The notes below the pieces were generated by a model. That model did no database searches and had not been told where the DNA came from. It saw only the letters and a program-made list of their open reading frames with translations. Both the position numbers and the translations under genes were made by a program. A stretch of DNA of 64,000 nt, taken from the NCBI GenBank assembly GCA_964514565.1, contig CAZERA010000001.1:1-64000 (forward strand), read 5' to 3'. Shown piece after piece: positions 38,279-47,818 of the stretch (the stretch's first letter is position 1; each line of letters opens with the position of its first letter). Origin of the DNA: an uncultured Candidatus Peribacteria bacterium. Its GTDB lineage: Bacteria > Patescibacteriota > Gracilibacteria > RBG-16-42-10.

Positions 38279-39208
38279 CTAGATTATTTTCACCTTCATA
38301 CCTTCATCAGACCAATCATAAATAGTTTTGGAGTCTTCATAACCAAGTCTCACACAGCCATGACTGACCTTGCGGCCCAAGTGATCAGCTCCTTCATAAA
38401 TACGTCCACTCTTAGTTTTCCAGTATGGAAGCTTGTGAATACCATACCCGACGAAGCCATACTTTGAACTACTGAGAGCCATCCAGTTGTCCATGTACAA
38501 ACCATACGCACTAGAATAACGCACATCATTTTTGAAATCGATAGTATAATCACCTCGTGGCGTATCATGACCAGACTTACCGGTAGAAACCACAAATACA
38601 TTGAGATCATCCCCACCAATTTGTTGATGCATTTGTTGCTGACCAATATCGATCAGTAAACTCTTTTCAGTTGCTTGTAAGTATTGAGGTGTAGGAGTGG
38701 AATCACTATCTACAGTCATTTCTACCAACAATGGTTCACCTGGAAAGAAAGTCAGACCTTCTAATACTGGAGCTAAAGCCAACATATATTTGCCAGGAAT
38801 GCTTGGAGCTTTCATTTCCACAGTGAAGTTTGCTTGCATGCCTGGCTCTACTGTCATCTCAAAATCAGAACGAATACGATTGGTACCTATCCAACCCACA
38901 TTACTGTTTGGATCGTAAAAGGGACTGATCAGTTGATCATGTGGTCTTACAGTTGCTAAACGCAATGGAGTCGATGATGCGCCGTCAGTAGCGACTGCCA
39001 CACTACTTTGATTAGTCAGAGCCACAGTAAATTGGTAATGCGTATCATGACCAAGTGAAAGCGACATCGCCGGCGTATCAAATCGATAAGCATATACTGG
39101 TGGTGTTGGTTCCACGACGATTGAAGTAGCCTCTTCCATTGCATAGGCAGGAGAAATACTTATACTCAGCATAGCTGACGAGAGGATCAAACCAGATAGC
39201 CTTTTCAT
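38279..39208 (-). CDS. Secreted L,D-transpeptidase with N-terminal Ig-like domain
   Basis: Signal peptide; VSTG...HDTP.G, GIH, SHGCVRL catalytic motif. Confidence 0.88.
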   Translation of the reverse strand: MKRLSGLILSSAMLSISISPAYAMEEATSIVVEPTPPVYAYRFDTPAMSLSLGHDTHYQFTVALTNQSSVAVATDGASSTPLRLATVRPHDQLISPFYDPNSNVGWIGTNRIRSDFEMTVEPGMQANFTVEMKAPSIPGKYMLALAPVLEGLTFFPGEPLLVEMTVDSDSTPTPQYLQATEKSLLIDIGQQQMHQQIGGDDLNVFVVSTGKSGHDTPRGDYTIDFKNDVRYSSAYGLYMDNWMALSSSKYGFVGYGIHKLPYWKTKSGRIYEGADHLGRKVSHGCVRLGYEDSKTIYDWSDEGMKVKII

Positions 39209-39280
39209 AGAAATAGTTAGTTTTTGTTTTGATTGCTTTCATATAATTATGACATATTTAATATAAATGTCTATAGTCAC

Positions 39281-40072
39281 ATGCCAGAATTACCAGAAGT
39301 AGAAACCGTAGTTCAAACCCTACGAGACAAAATAACCCAACAAGAGATCACCAAAATAAAGTCATACAAACCAGAGACCGTTATTTTACTAGAGCCATTT
39401 CATCCATTCAAAGTGACCGAAATCGAGCGACGAGGAAAATATATTATTATTTGTGGCCAACATGATGAAAAAATCATCATTCATTTAAGAATGACAGGCC
39501 GATTAACTGAATCCCCCAGTCAAGAAAAATTTATTCGAGCAACAATCTACACTACTAAGCACGATCTTCACTTTGAAGACATGCGAAGATTTGGCCGAAT
39601 CACATTCACAATCAATAAGAAGATTGAAGACCTGCCCGGTATTAGTAAATTGGGACCTGAGCCCTGGGATACTAGCTTAGACACAAAGTTTTTTCCCGAA
39701 CTACAGAAAAGCACGCAAACTATAAAAAGCTTTCTGCTCGATCAAACTAAAATTGCTGGCATCGGCAATATCTATGCTGATGAATCATGTTTCCATGCCA
39801 GAATTTTACCGACTCAAAAAAGTAATTCGCTTACCAAAAAAGAAGCGAGCAGACTACTCTATGCTATTCGCTATATCCTCAAAAAAGCTATTCACCTACG
39901 AGGTACAAGCTTTGCTCACTTCATCGATGCCAACGGCAAAAAAGGCAACAACCTCGAATTCTTGGCTGTCTATGGACGGAAGAAATTAGCTTGTCTCAAA
40001 TGTAAAACGCCACTCACCCACCAGAAATTACAGGGTAGAACAACCATCTACTGTACTACCTGTCAGAAATAA
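39281..40072 (+). CDS. mutM: Formamidopyrimidine-DNA glycosylase
   Basis: MPELPEVE, HLRMTG, GIGNIYADE, C-terminal Zn finger. Confidence 0.95.
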   Translation: MPELPEVETVVQTLRDKITQQEITKIKSYKPETVILLEPFHPFKVTEIERRGKYIIICGQHDEKIIIHLRMTGRLTESPSQEKFIRATIYTTKHDLHFEDMRRFGRITFTINKKIEDLPGISKLGPEPWDTSLDTKFFPELQKSTQTIKSFLLDQTKIAGIGNIYADESCFHARILPTQKSNSLTKKEASRLLYAIRYILKKAIHLRGTSFAHFIDANGKKGNNLEFLAVYGRKKLACLKCKTPLTHQKLQGRTTIYCTTCQK

Positions 40073-40299
40073 AAACTGGCCCAAAATAAAAGAAGTTTGT
40101 ATAGCCGCTAATTCCTTATATATTCTACACCTACATACTTTTCTAAAAAGATGTAGGAAAATTTTGCGTAGAATTTTCGGAGATCATCCGCCATAACAAA
40201 ACTCCACGTGGATTCTATTACAACATCGCCAAAATGTCAATGCATAAAGGACGACTCACCTTTCTATTTCATCTCAAAAGAGCATAGTTAGCAGTTTAT

Positions 40300-41442
40300 T
40301 CATTTTCTCAACCGCTCCACCATACTAGGCAACACTTCCAATACATAATCAATATCAGCCGTTTTTGTACCTCTACCCAAACTAAAACGCAAGCTACTCT
40401 TAGCCTCCAATTCAGTTCGCCCCAAGGCTAAAAGCACATGACTAGGCGAAACATCAGTAGCCTTACACGCAGATCCGGCTGAAGCCATGATTCCAGCCTC
40501 GTCTAGAAACAACAGTAAAGCATCTCCCTCCACACCAGAAAACACAACATTGACGTTATTTGCTAGTCGCAGAGTGGCATGGCCATTAAGCTGAGTACCC
40601 GGCATCAACAGGAGGCCACTGATAAGTTTATCTCTCAAAAAAGCTAGACGAGCTGACTCTTCTTTTTGAAACTCCAGAACCAACTCACAAGCTTTAGCAA
40701 AACCAATAATAGCCGCTACATTTTCTGTGCCTGGTCGCAAACCTTTTTCTTGTGAACCTCCATGTTCTAAACCATTAATTGCAGTGCCTCTACGAACAAA
40801 TAAAGCCCCAGCACCTTTGGGCCCATAGACCTTGCCACTATTGATAGTGAGCAAATCGACATGTAGATCATTCACATCGATAGGCAATAAACCAAGTGCT
40901 TGTGACGCATCGGTATGAAGCAAAACATTATGACGTCGAGCTAATTTAGCAATTTCTTTGATTGGCTGCACCACCCCAATTTCGTTGTTGGCTAACATCA
41001 CTGAAATTAAAATGGTGTCAGCAGTAATGAGTGAGTCTAATGCTTTGAGATCAACTAAGCCCTGCTCATTTACTGGAGCATAACTCACCTTCACACCTTT
41101 CTTTTCCATAGCACTAGCAGTATTCAGAATCGCTTGGTGCTCAATCTTACTAACAATAATATGCATGGATGATTTCGTACTAGCAGCTACTACTCCCAGC
41201 AAAGCTAAATTATCGGCTTCAGTCCCTCCACTTGTGAAGATAATCTCATCTGCATGAGCACCAATACTAGTAGCAATAGTTGTTCTAGCCGCATCAATAG
41301 CTTGGCGTACCGCTCTAGCACCAGCATAAAGACTAGAGGGATTATAAAAACAATCAGACAAATATGGTGCCATTGTAGCCACAACAATTGGATCTACAGG
41401 CGTAGCGCTAGCGTAGTCAAGAAAAATACGAGACTTTGACAT
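40300..41442 (-). CDS. iscS: Cysteine desulfurase (IscS/NifS)
   Basis: LDYASATP, FTSGGTE, NNEIG, GKVYGPKG, SAGSAC. Confidence 0.92.
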   Translation of the reverse strand: MSKSRIFLDYASATPVDPIVVATMAPYLSDCFYNPSSLYAGARAVRQAIDAARTTIATSIGAHADEIIFTSGGTEADNLALLGVVAASTKSSMHIIVSKIEHQAILNTASAMEKKGVKVSYAPVNEQGLVDLKALDSLITADTILISVMLANNEIGVVQPIKEIAKLARRHNVLLHTDASQALGLLPIDVNDLHVDLLTINSGKVYGPKGAGALFVRRGTAINGLEHGGSQEKGLRPGTENVAAIIGFAKACELVLEFQKEESARLAFLRDKLISGLLLMPGTQLNGHATLRLANNVNVVFSGVEGDALLLFLDEAGIMASAGSACKATDVSPSHVLLALGRTELEAKSSLRFSLGRGTKTADIDYVLEVLPSMVERLRK

Positions 41443-41446
41443 ATAC

Positions 41447-41851
41447 TTATATCGCAATCAAAGCATTGATTTGAGGCACTTTCTCTTTCAAAGTCTTTTC
41501 TACACCAGCATAGAGAGTTACTTGTGCACTACTACAACTAGCACAAGCACCTACCAGATGAACTGTAACAATCCCGTTGGTCTCATCAACACCAAGCAGC
41601 TCAATATTGCCACCATCTGAAATGAGATAAGGACGAAGAGTGTCTAGCACCTTCTCAACCTGTTCAGTAATAGTCAGCCGACTCTTTCCTTTCTTTACCT
41701 TTTTCTTTGATTTCTTTGCAATAGTTTTTTTTACTTTCTTGGGCTCCTTTTTTTCTACCTTTTTTGTAGCTGTCTTTTTAGCAGCAACACTCTTAGATCT
41801 TTGGGGAACCGATTTGCTTGATTTAGCAGGCAGCTTCTTTTTTATAGCCAT
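41447..41851 (-). CDS. NifU/Nfu-domain protein with Lys-rich N-terminal tail
   Basis: LRPYL.SDGGNIEL, GACASC motif. Confidence 0.85.
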   Translation of the reverse strand: MAIKKKLPAKSSKSVPQRSKSVAAKKTATKKVEKKEPKKVKKTIAKKSKKKVKKGKSRLTITEQVEKVLDTLRPYLISDGGNIELLGVDETNGIVTVHLVGACASCSSAQVTLYAGVEKTLKEKVPQINALIAI

Positions 41852-41897
41852 AATCCAATTTTACTAGCCCAATAATAAAGCTTTCCAGTCATTTTGC

Positions 41898-42371
41898 CTA
41901 ACGTTTTTTGAGCAATACTAATAACTGATTGAGTTTGTGTTCTACTTTTGCGACATGGGCTATTCGACTAGCATCAAATTCTTGCAGTAGTTTTTTTACT
42001 TCTTTTTCAGCAATTACATTGACCTGAAAGTCCAGCTCTGCCCTCATCCGATCGTGCTTCTCCTGTCTGTTCTGAGCCATCATAATCACTGGGCCACAGT
42101 ATGCCGCTTGAAAAGACAAGAAGAGATTGAGCAAAATAAATGGATAAGGATCCCAATGCTCAATCCAGCCCACTACATTGGCCACTATCCAGAGTGAGAA
42201 GATACTGGTTTGAACAATGATAAATTGCCAGCTTCCTACAAAACGCGCCAAGCCTTCAGCAATTTTGGCACCAATAGGAATAGACTCGCCATCAAATTGA
42301 TGAATAGTCGGAAGTGCTTTCTTGAACCCTTTCTGAGCAACAATCTTTTTGTGAACATGATGCCTAGGCAT
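41898..42371 (-). CDS. DUF1003 membrane protein
   Basis: GSWQFI, DPYPFILLNLFLS.QAA...PVIMM.QNRQ. Confidence 0.9.
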   Translation of the reverse strand: MPRHHVHKKIVAQKGFKKALPTIHQFDGESIPIGAKIAEGLARFVGSWQFIIVQTSIFSLWIVANVVGWIEHWDPYPFILLNLFLSFQAAYCGPVIMMAQNRQEKHDRMRAELDFQVNVIAEKEVKKLLQEFDASRIAHVAKVEHKLNQLLVLLKKR

Positions 42372-43329
42372 ATAGATCTAGTCGATTAGAGGAGCCAAGA
42401 CTAGTCACAATCAGCTTACTTACATTGTCCACAATAGCCTGATGCACAGCTTGTTTATTTTCTTTGGGCATATCTCTAATCATATCTTTGAACTGACCCA
42501 ATACTTTCCGTTGTTCTACTTTTTGTTGCTCGGCTGCTTGATCAATCTGTGCCAGTAAATTTGCTGGCAAATGGGCAAATAAAAAATCAGACAAAGCAGT
42601 AGCATAGTTCACTTTATTGATACCTGAAGCGACAGCCTGACTAAAAACTTCCAGACTCAGACCACTTCCACCATGTAAAACTAATGGTGTCTCTGTACCT
42701 CGCAAGGCCTGAGCCACTTCTTTGATTCGATCAAACCCAATGTGAGGAGTCTCAGCATAGAGACCATGCCCATTGCCAACAGCAATTGCTAAAGCATCTG
42801 GGTGCACAGCATCTACTGCAGCAACAGCTTGATCGACAGTAACATACAATTGCGATACATCATGAGGTAAGTCTTTAGCAAAACCAATACAACCTTGCTC
42901 AATTTCCAAGCTGACATTTTGAGCATGTAAAATTTGGGCTTGATGCGCACAGCGAGCATGATTTTCTTGATCAGATAAGCGAGAGAGATCTAAGAGAGTA
43001 GATCGAAATCCCGCCTTAATAGCCCGAGCAATCAAAGACTCATCCTTCTGCACATGATCTAAATGTAAGCCTACGGGGATTCGGTAACCAAAATAGTGAG
43101 AGCAAACCTCGATAGCCACCAACACTTCTTCAGCAACTTGTTCAGGGGACCAATTACAATAAGCCTGTTCACTCTCAGCAATCTCCAAAATAATCGGAGC
43201 TTTCAGTTGAAAAGCAGCCTCTAAACAAGCCCGCATTATGAGTGGGTGGCGGATATTACAAGCTAGTACTGCGAAATTATTCTTATACGCTGGCGTCAAT
43301 AATTCTTTCAGATTGTAAATAGCGGACAT
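42364..43329 (-). CDS. fba: Class II fructose-bisphosphate aldolase
   Basis: LHLDH, LAIAVGNGHG.Y, LVLHGGSG, KVN; start at ATG 43329. Confidence 0.85.
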   Translation of the reverse strand: MSAIYNLKELLTPAYKNNFAVLACNIRHPLIMRACLEAAFQLKAPIILEIAESEQAYCNWSPEQVAEEVLVAIEVCSHYFGYRIPVGLHLDHVQKDESLIARAIKAGFRSTLLDLSRLSDQENHARCAHQAQILHAQNVSLEIEQGCIGFAKDLPHDVSQLYVTVDQAVAAVDAVHPDALAIAVGNGHGLYAETPHIGFDRIKEVAQALRGTETPLVLHGGSGLSLEVFSQAVASGINKVNYATALSDFLFAHLPANLLAQIDQAAEQQKVEQRKVLGQFKDMIRDMPKENKQAVHQAIVDNVSKLIVTSLGSSNRLDLYA

Positions 43330-43360
43330 GTTTGTTTTTTGTATTCTCTTAAGAATACCA

Positions 43361-43500
43361 CACTTTGGAGGGAAAAAGTAAGAAGTAAAAGGTAAAAAAT
43401 GTAACAACTAGCAGTCCGCAGTGGCGGAGGCACGTTAGCTCGTGATTGACTGCTCCAGCCCATCTACTTCCTACCTTTTCTCTCTTACCTCTTACTTCTC
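43361..43500. repeat. Dispersed intergenic element, copy C
   Basis: Left arm GGGAAAA-AGTAAGA-AGTAAAA-GGTAAAA; palindrome TCCGC-AGTG-GCGGA at 43415-43428; CAGCCCAT then pyrimidine arm. Confidence 0.75.
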
Positions 43501-43565
43501 AAGTCGATTTGAGCTAATTGACTGGTTCATGCTACCTTGGCAGGGACAATTTTTACCGATCGTTT

Positions 43566-44132
43566 ATGCAATATACAGAACTCCGCAAGGGAACCAAAAT
43601 CACTATTGATGGTGATCCTTGGATCGTCACTGAATACGAATTCATGCGCATGCAGCAGCGTAAGGCTACTGTAAAGTGTACTATCAAGAATTTGATTACT
43701 GGACGTACTCTTCACCGCACATTTCAGCCATCAGAAAACCTCGAAGAGGCCACTCTAGAAAATCGCCGCTCTCAGTACCTCTACAAAGAAGGTGAAAACT
43801 ACACATTCATGGATCAAGAGAACTTTGATCAATTTGAAATGACTGCTGGCCAAATTGGTGATGGTCCAAGTTATCTGCTAGAAGGAAACGATGTTGATAT
43901 CGTCTACTTCCAGGGTAAACCAATTAGTATTCAGCTCCCCGCTAAAGTAAAAATGAAGGTAACTGAGACTCCTCCTGGTGTACGTGGTGATACAGCAACA
44001 GGTGGTAGCAAAAAAGCCAAACTAGAAACAGGGCTCAGTATTACTGTCCCTCTCTATATCGAAGAAGGAGAATCTATAATGGTCAACACTGAAACAGGTC
44101 TCTTTGTAGAAAGAGTAAAGGAAGAGAAGTAA
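43566..44132 (+). CDS. efp: Elongation factor P
   Basis: QYLY, FMD.ENFDQ, TPPGVRGDTATG..K.A.LETG..I.VP..I..G..I.VNT..G. Confidence 0.93.
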   Translation: MQYTELRKGTKITIDGDPWIVTEYEFMRMQQRKATVKCTIKNLITGRTLHRTFQPSENLEEATLENRRSQYLYKEGENYTFMDQENFDQFEMTAGQIGDGPSYLLEGNDVDIVYFQGKPISIQLPAKVKMKVTETPPGVRGDTATGGSKKAKLETGLSITVPLYIEEGESIMVNTETGLFVERVKEEK

Positions 44133-44157
44133 GCTAAAAGGGATTTACCTCCCTTTT

Positions 44158-46269
44158 ATGGTGCTCTCTCGCTTTATAAAAATCATCAGTGCCTGTGCCG
44201 TATTCTGTTTAGTTTCAACCTCAATACCAGTCGCAGCAGCTACTACATTCAATGATGTACATGCTAGCGACTGGTTTTTTAGTTATGTAGGACAATTGGC
44301 ACAAGCTAATATTATTTCTACTAGCAATGCTAGCTTCTTTCCATATCACACCCTTAGTAGAGCAGAATTAGCCAAGATGGCTGTGCTTGGTAGTCAGTCA
44401 GCCCATATCTTGAGTGTAGAAACTGCCAGCTCAGCTACTTTTTGTGATGTAATTGCTAGCGACTGGGCATTTCCTTATGTAGAAACATTAGTAAACCACA
44501 GTATTGTCAGTGGTACTGCTAGTAGTTGCAGCAAAGGCAAAGTGTATCTACCCAACAATCCAATCTCTCGAGCAGAGGCGCTTAAGATTCTCTTGGGAGC
44601 ATTCTCAATCAGCCCTCAAGGTAGCACCACTAGATTTAGTGATGTAGATAATAACTTTTGGTATAGCGGTTACATCGCAAAAGCATCAAGCTTGGGCATT
44701 GTAAATGGTTATAGTGACGGTACTTTCCGCCCTAATGGTTCAATCTCTCGTGCTGAAATGAGTAAGATCCTTAGTCTACTTATTCAAAATGCTCATGGTG
44801 TAACTCCCACGCCAACACCAACTCCCAGCAACACACCTACCACACCTCCTACAACAGCATTGACGTACAATATTGGGTCACCCAATGTACATGAGTATTG
44901 GATCTCTACCATTGGTAATGACAGTAACCCTGGCACACAGGCCCAACCTTTTGCTAGCTTTACTCATGCTTGGTCACTTGTACCGCTCAATACTACTCTT
45001 ACTACAGGATATCGTTTTCATATTTTAACAGGTACCTATGCAGCACCGGACCTTTATATCGAGGATCGAATTGGAACAGCGGCAGCACCGATCATATTCC
45101 AAGGCGAAGGCTCAGTTTCAATCAATGGCAACCTCAACTCTCGGAATTTGAAGTATGTTTATTTCATCAATCTTTCTTATACTAGTCCCAATGACATCAT
45201 GCACTTTGAGCTAGGTGACCATATTTTATTACGCAATGTAACACTTCGATCACCCGGTCGCAGTGCCCAAGAGGGTCTCAAGGTTAATCAATCTCAATAT
45301 ATATATGTAGAAGATAGTGATATCTCTGGTGCTCATGACAACTCAGTAGACTTTGTCGCTGTACAATATGGACACGTTGTACGATCAAAAATTCACGACT
45401 CGGAAGATTGGTGTATGTATACCAAAGGAGGCTCAGCTTCTTTGCAAATCGAAAGCAATGAATTTTTTGATTGTGGCACTGGTGGATTTACAGCCGGTCA
45501 AGGTACTGGTTTTGAATACATGACTGCGCCTTGGCTGCAATACGAAGCGTATGACATCAGAGTAGTCAACAATATTATCCACGATACTGAAGGAGCAGGC
45601 CTGGGTGTGAATGGTGGCTACAATATCTTGATGGCAAATAACACGATGTATCAGGTCGGTTCTCGTGACCATACTATTGAGGTAGTTTTTGGTAGTCGCT
45701 CATGTGATGGAGAAATAGCAAACTGTACAGCTCATCACAACCTCGGTGGATGGGGACCAAGTGGTACTGGTACAGAAGTATTTATTGGCAATAAGCATGT
45801 CCGCATCTTAAATAATGTAGTTTATAATCCGACCAATCCTGCCGACACGATTTTTGCTATTTATACGCCTAGACCAACACCTAGTGGATCCAATGCACCT
45901 AATCCCGCAGTAGCAGATAGTGACTTAGTTATTGCTGGGAATGTAATTTGGAATGGATCATCAGACACGCCGCTCGGTATAGGTGATGACCAGGGATGTC
46001 TTGATAGCAATCCAACCTGTAACGAAACCCAACTTCGAGCCGCCAACTCTATCAATACTACTGAGCCAGATCTGAATAACCCTAGTATTGGCAAATACCA
46101 ACTGCAAAACCGAGCAGACTTTGCTTCAGTATCAGTTCCATTCCCTTCTTTCTCATGGTCTGATGTTCCTGGTACTGGTGTACCTACCAATATTACAGTC
46201 AGCAACCAAGCCTATACCAATTATCGTGATGGATCAGCGGTGACCGGAAGATTTCCGGGAGCCTATTAA
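44158..46269 (+). CDS. SLH-domain protein with right-handed beta-helix (pectin-lyase-like) domain
   Basis: Three SLH repeats (SRAEL, SRAEA, GYSDGTFRPN..ISRAEM), PT linker, GNDSNPGT..QPF and parallel beta-helix repeats. Confidence 0.85.
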   Translation: MVLSRFIKIISACAVFCLVSTSIPVAAATTFNDVHASDWFFSYVGQLAQANIISTSNASFFPYHTLSRAELAKMAVLGSQSAHILSVETASSATFCDVIASDWAFPYVETLVNHSIVSGTASSCSKGKVYLPNNPISRAEALKILLGAFSISPQGSTTRFSDVDNNFWYSGYIAKASSLGIVNGYSDGTFRPNGSISRAEMSKILSLLIQNAHGVTPTPTPTPSNTPTTPPTTALTYNIGSPNVHEYWISTIGNDSNPGTQAQPFASFTHAWSLVPLNTTLTTGYRFHILTGTYAAPDLYIEDRIGTAAAPIIFQGEGSVSINGNLNSRNLKYVYFINLSYTSPNDIMHFELGDHILLRNVTLRSPGRSAQEGLKVNQSQYIYVEDSDISGAHDNSVDFVAVQYGHVVRSKIHDSEDWCMYTKGGSASLQIESNEFFDCGTGGFTAGQGTGFEYMTAPWLQYEAYDIRVVNNIIHDTEGAGLGVNGGYNILMANNTMYQVGSRDHTIEVVFGSRSCDGEIANCTAHHNLGGWGPSGTGTEVFIGNKHVRILNNVVYNPTNPADTIFAIYTPRPTPSGSNAPNPAVADSDLVIAGNVIWNGSSDTPLGIGDDQGCLDSNPTCNETQLRAANSINTTEPDLNNPSIGKYQLQNRADFASVSVPFPSFSWSDVPGTGVPTNITVSNQAYTNYRDGSAVTGRFPGAY

Positions 46270-46320
46270 GTTAGGTCAGTCCCTCAAACGCGGGACGAGG
46301 TCAGAGGGCAGAGGTTTCAA
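46269..46320 (+). repeat. 52-bp post-stop repeat, second copy
   Basis: AGTTAGGTCAGTCCCTCAAACGCGGGACGAG...; 43/52 match to reverse complement of 11241-11292. Confidence 0.75.
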
Positions 46321-46350
46321 GATGGCACGGAACACATTATTTATAGTTAT

Positions 46351-47268
46351 ATGGCCGTTTTTATTGCTTTGTTGTTGAAACTTGTTCCGCTTTATTTGAT
46401 CATTGCTTGTGGCTATGTGGCGGGGAAATATTTGCGGGTGCATAAAGAAAGTATTTCTCCTCTTTTGATCTATATCATTGCACCTGCAGTGATATTCTAT
46501 GGTACTGCTCAAGCAAGCTTGACGCCTGGACTACTGTTTCTTCCCATTCTAACATTCTCCCTTGCTTGTGCCATCTCTTTACTCTTTTTTAGAATTGGTA
46601 AAAGGATTTGGTCAGATAGCACTGGCAACATATTAGGATTTACGGCAGGAACTGGTAATACTGGTTACTTCGGCTTACCTGTGATCACGCTCATTTTAGG
46701 AAACACTATTTTGAGTACGGTGGTATTGGCAACGATGGGATTTCTTTTGTATGAAAATACTTTGGGGTATTACTTGGTCGCCAGAAACCAATACACTTTT
46801 CGCCAAAGTCTAATAAAACTAGCCAAATTACCTACTGTGTATGCATTTGTATTGGGGCTACTAGCGAGCAGAGGGAACTTGGTCTTACCTGATGTGGCTC
46901 ATACTATCCTAGAACAATTCAAGGGAAGTTATACTATCCTGGGCATGATGATTATTGGGATTGGTTTGAGTCAGGCATCAAAACTAGCGGTCGACAGTAA
47001 GCTGATTATGCTTTCTTTTCTAGCCAAGTTTTTAGTCTGGCCGCTTACAATTTTAGGAGCGATCTTTCTTGATCATCAGTTCACCCATCTTTTCACTCCC
47101 ACTACCAATCAAGTATTGATTATTTTGAGCTGTGTACCTCTTGCTGCCAATACTGTCACCTTTGCTACAGAGCTAAAAGCCCAACCGGAAAAGGCAGCTG
47201 TTACGGTCCTCCTTAGTACCCTATTCGCCCTCTTTTTTATTCCGGCCCTCATCGCAATATTCTTTTAG
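46351..47268 (+). CDS. AEC (auxin efflux carrier) family transporter
   Basis: GNTGYFGLP, P.AAN, STL motifs; ~10 TMs. Confidence 0.85.
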   Translation: MAVFIALLLKLVPLYLIIACGYVAGKYLRVHKESISPLLIYIIAPAVIFYGTAQASLTPGLLFLPILTFSLACAISLLFFRIGKRIWSDSTGNILGFTAGTGNTGYFGLPVITLILGNTILSTVVLATMGFLLYENTLGYYLVARNQYTFRQSLIKLAKLPTVYAFVLGLLASRGNLVLPDVAHTILEQFKGSYTILGMMIIGIGLSQASKLAVDSKLIMLSFLAKFLVWPLTILGAIFLDHQFTHLFTPTTNQVLIILSCVPLAANTVTFATELKAQPEKAAVTVLLSTLFALFFIPALIAIFF

Positions 47269-47402
47269 AAAGAGCGCAGACCAAACAGCCAAAAGTAGCA
47301 TTAAAAAAGTCTAAGAATCGTTTCTGCATTCCGTCGAGACTAAGTCGTTGCGGTTTCCAATTTTGACCAGTATACACTGATAGTAGTGAATACTTTTTTG
47401 AG

Positions 47403-47804
47403 ATGAATTTTGCATTTTATACAGATGGTGGTTCGCGGGGTAATCCAGGACCGGCGGCATGGGGGTTTGTCCTCTACCAAGACGGTCAAAAAATTGCTGG
47501 TCAGGGAGGCTACCTGGGCATCACAACCAATAATGTAGCGGAATACACTGCCTGTATCGAAGCATTGCGCTATATCAAAAGCCAATGGGGAGGAGGTCAT
47601 CAAATCAAATGTTTCGCCGACAGCAAACTGATGATCGAGCAACTCAAAGGCAACTACAAGATCAAGGCCCCCCATCTCAAACCCTTGATTGCTGAAATGC
47701 ACACCCTCAGTAAAGACCAAACGATTGCATACCAACACATTCCTAGAGAAAAGAACACTGAAGCAGATAGATTAGTAAATATCACTCTAGATCAACACCG
47801 TTAA
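47403..47804 (+). CDS. rnhA: Ribonuclease HI family protein
   Basis: TDGGSRGNPGP, TNNVAEY, DSKL, HIPREKN..AD. Confidence 0.9.
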   Translation: MNFAFYTDGGSRGNPGPAAWGFVLYQDGQKIAGQGGYLGITTNNVAEYTACIEALRYIKSQWGGGHQIKCFADSKLMIEQLKGNYKIKAPHLKPLIAEMHTLSKDQTIAYQHIPREKNTEADRLVNITLDQHR

Positions 47805-47818
47805 CCCCATCGGGCCAC

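Noticed and set aside
40111..40155. Hairpin and 16-codon minus-strand ORF between mutM and iscS
   Set aside because: Plausibly just a terminator-like structure between convergent genes; no recognisable ncRNA motif
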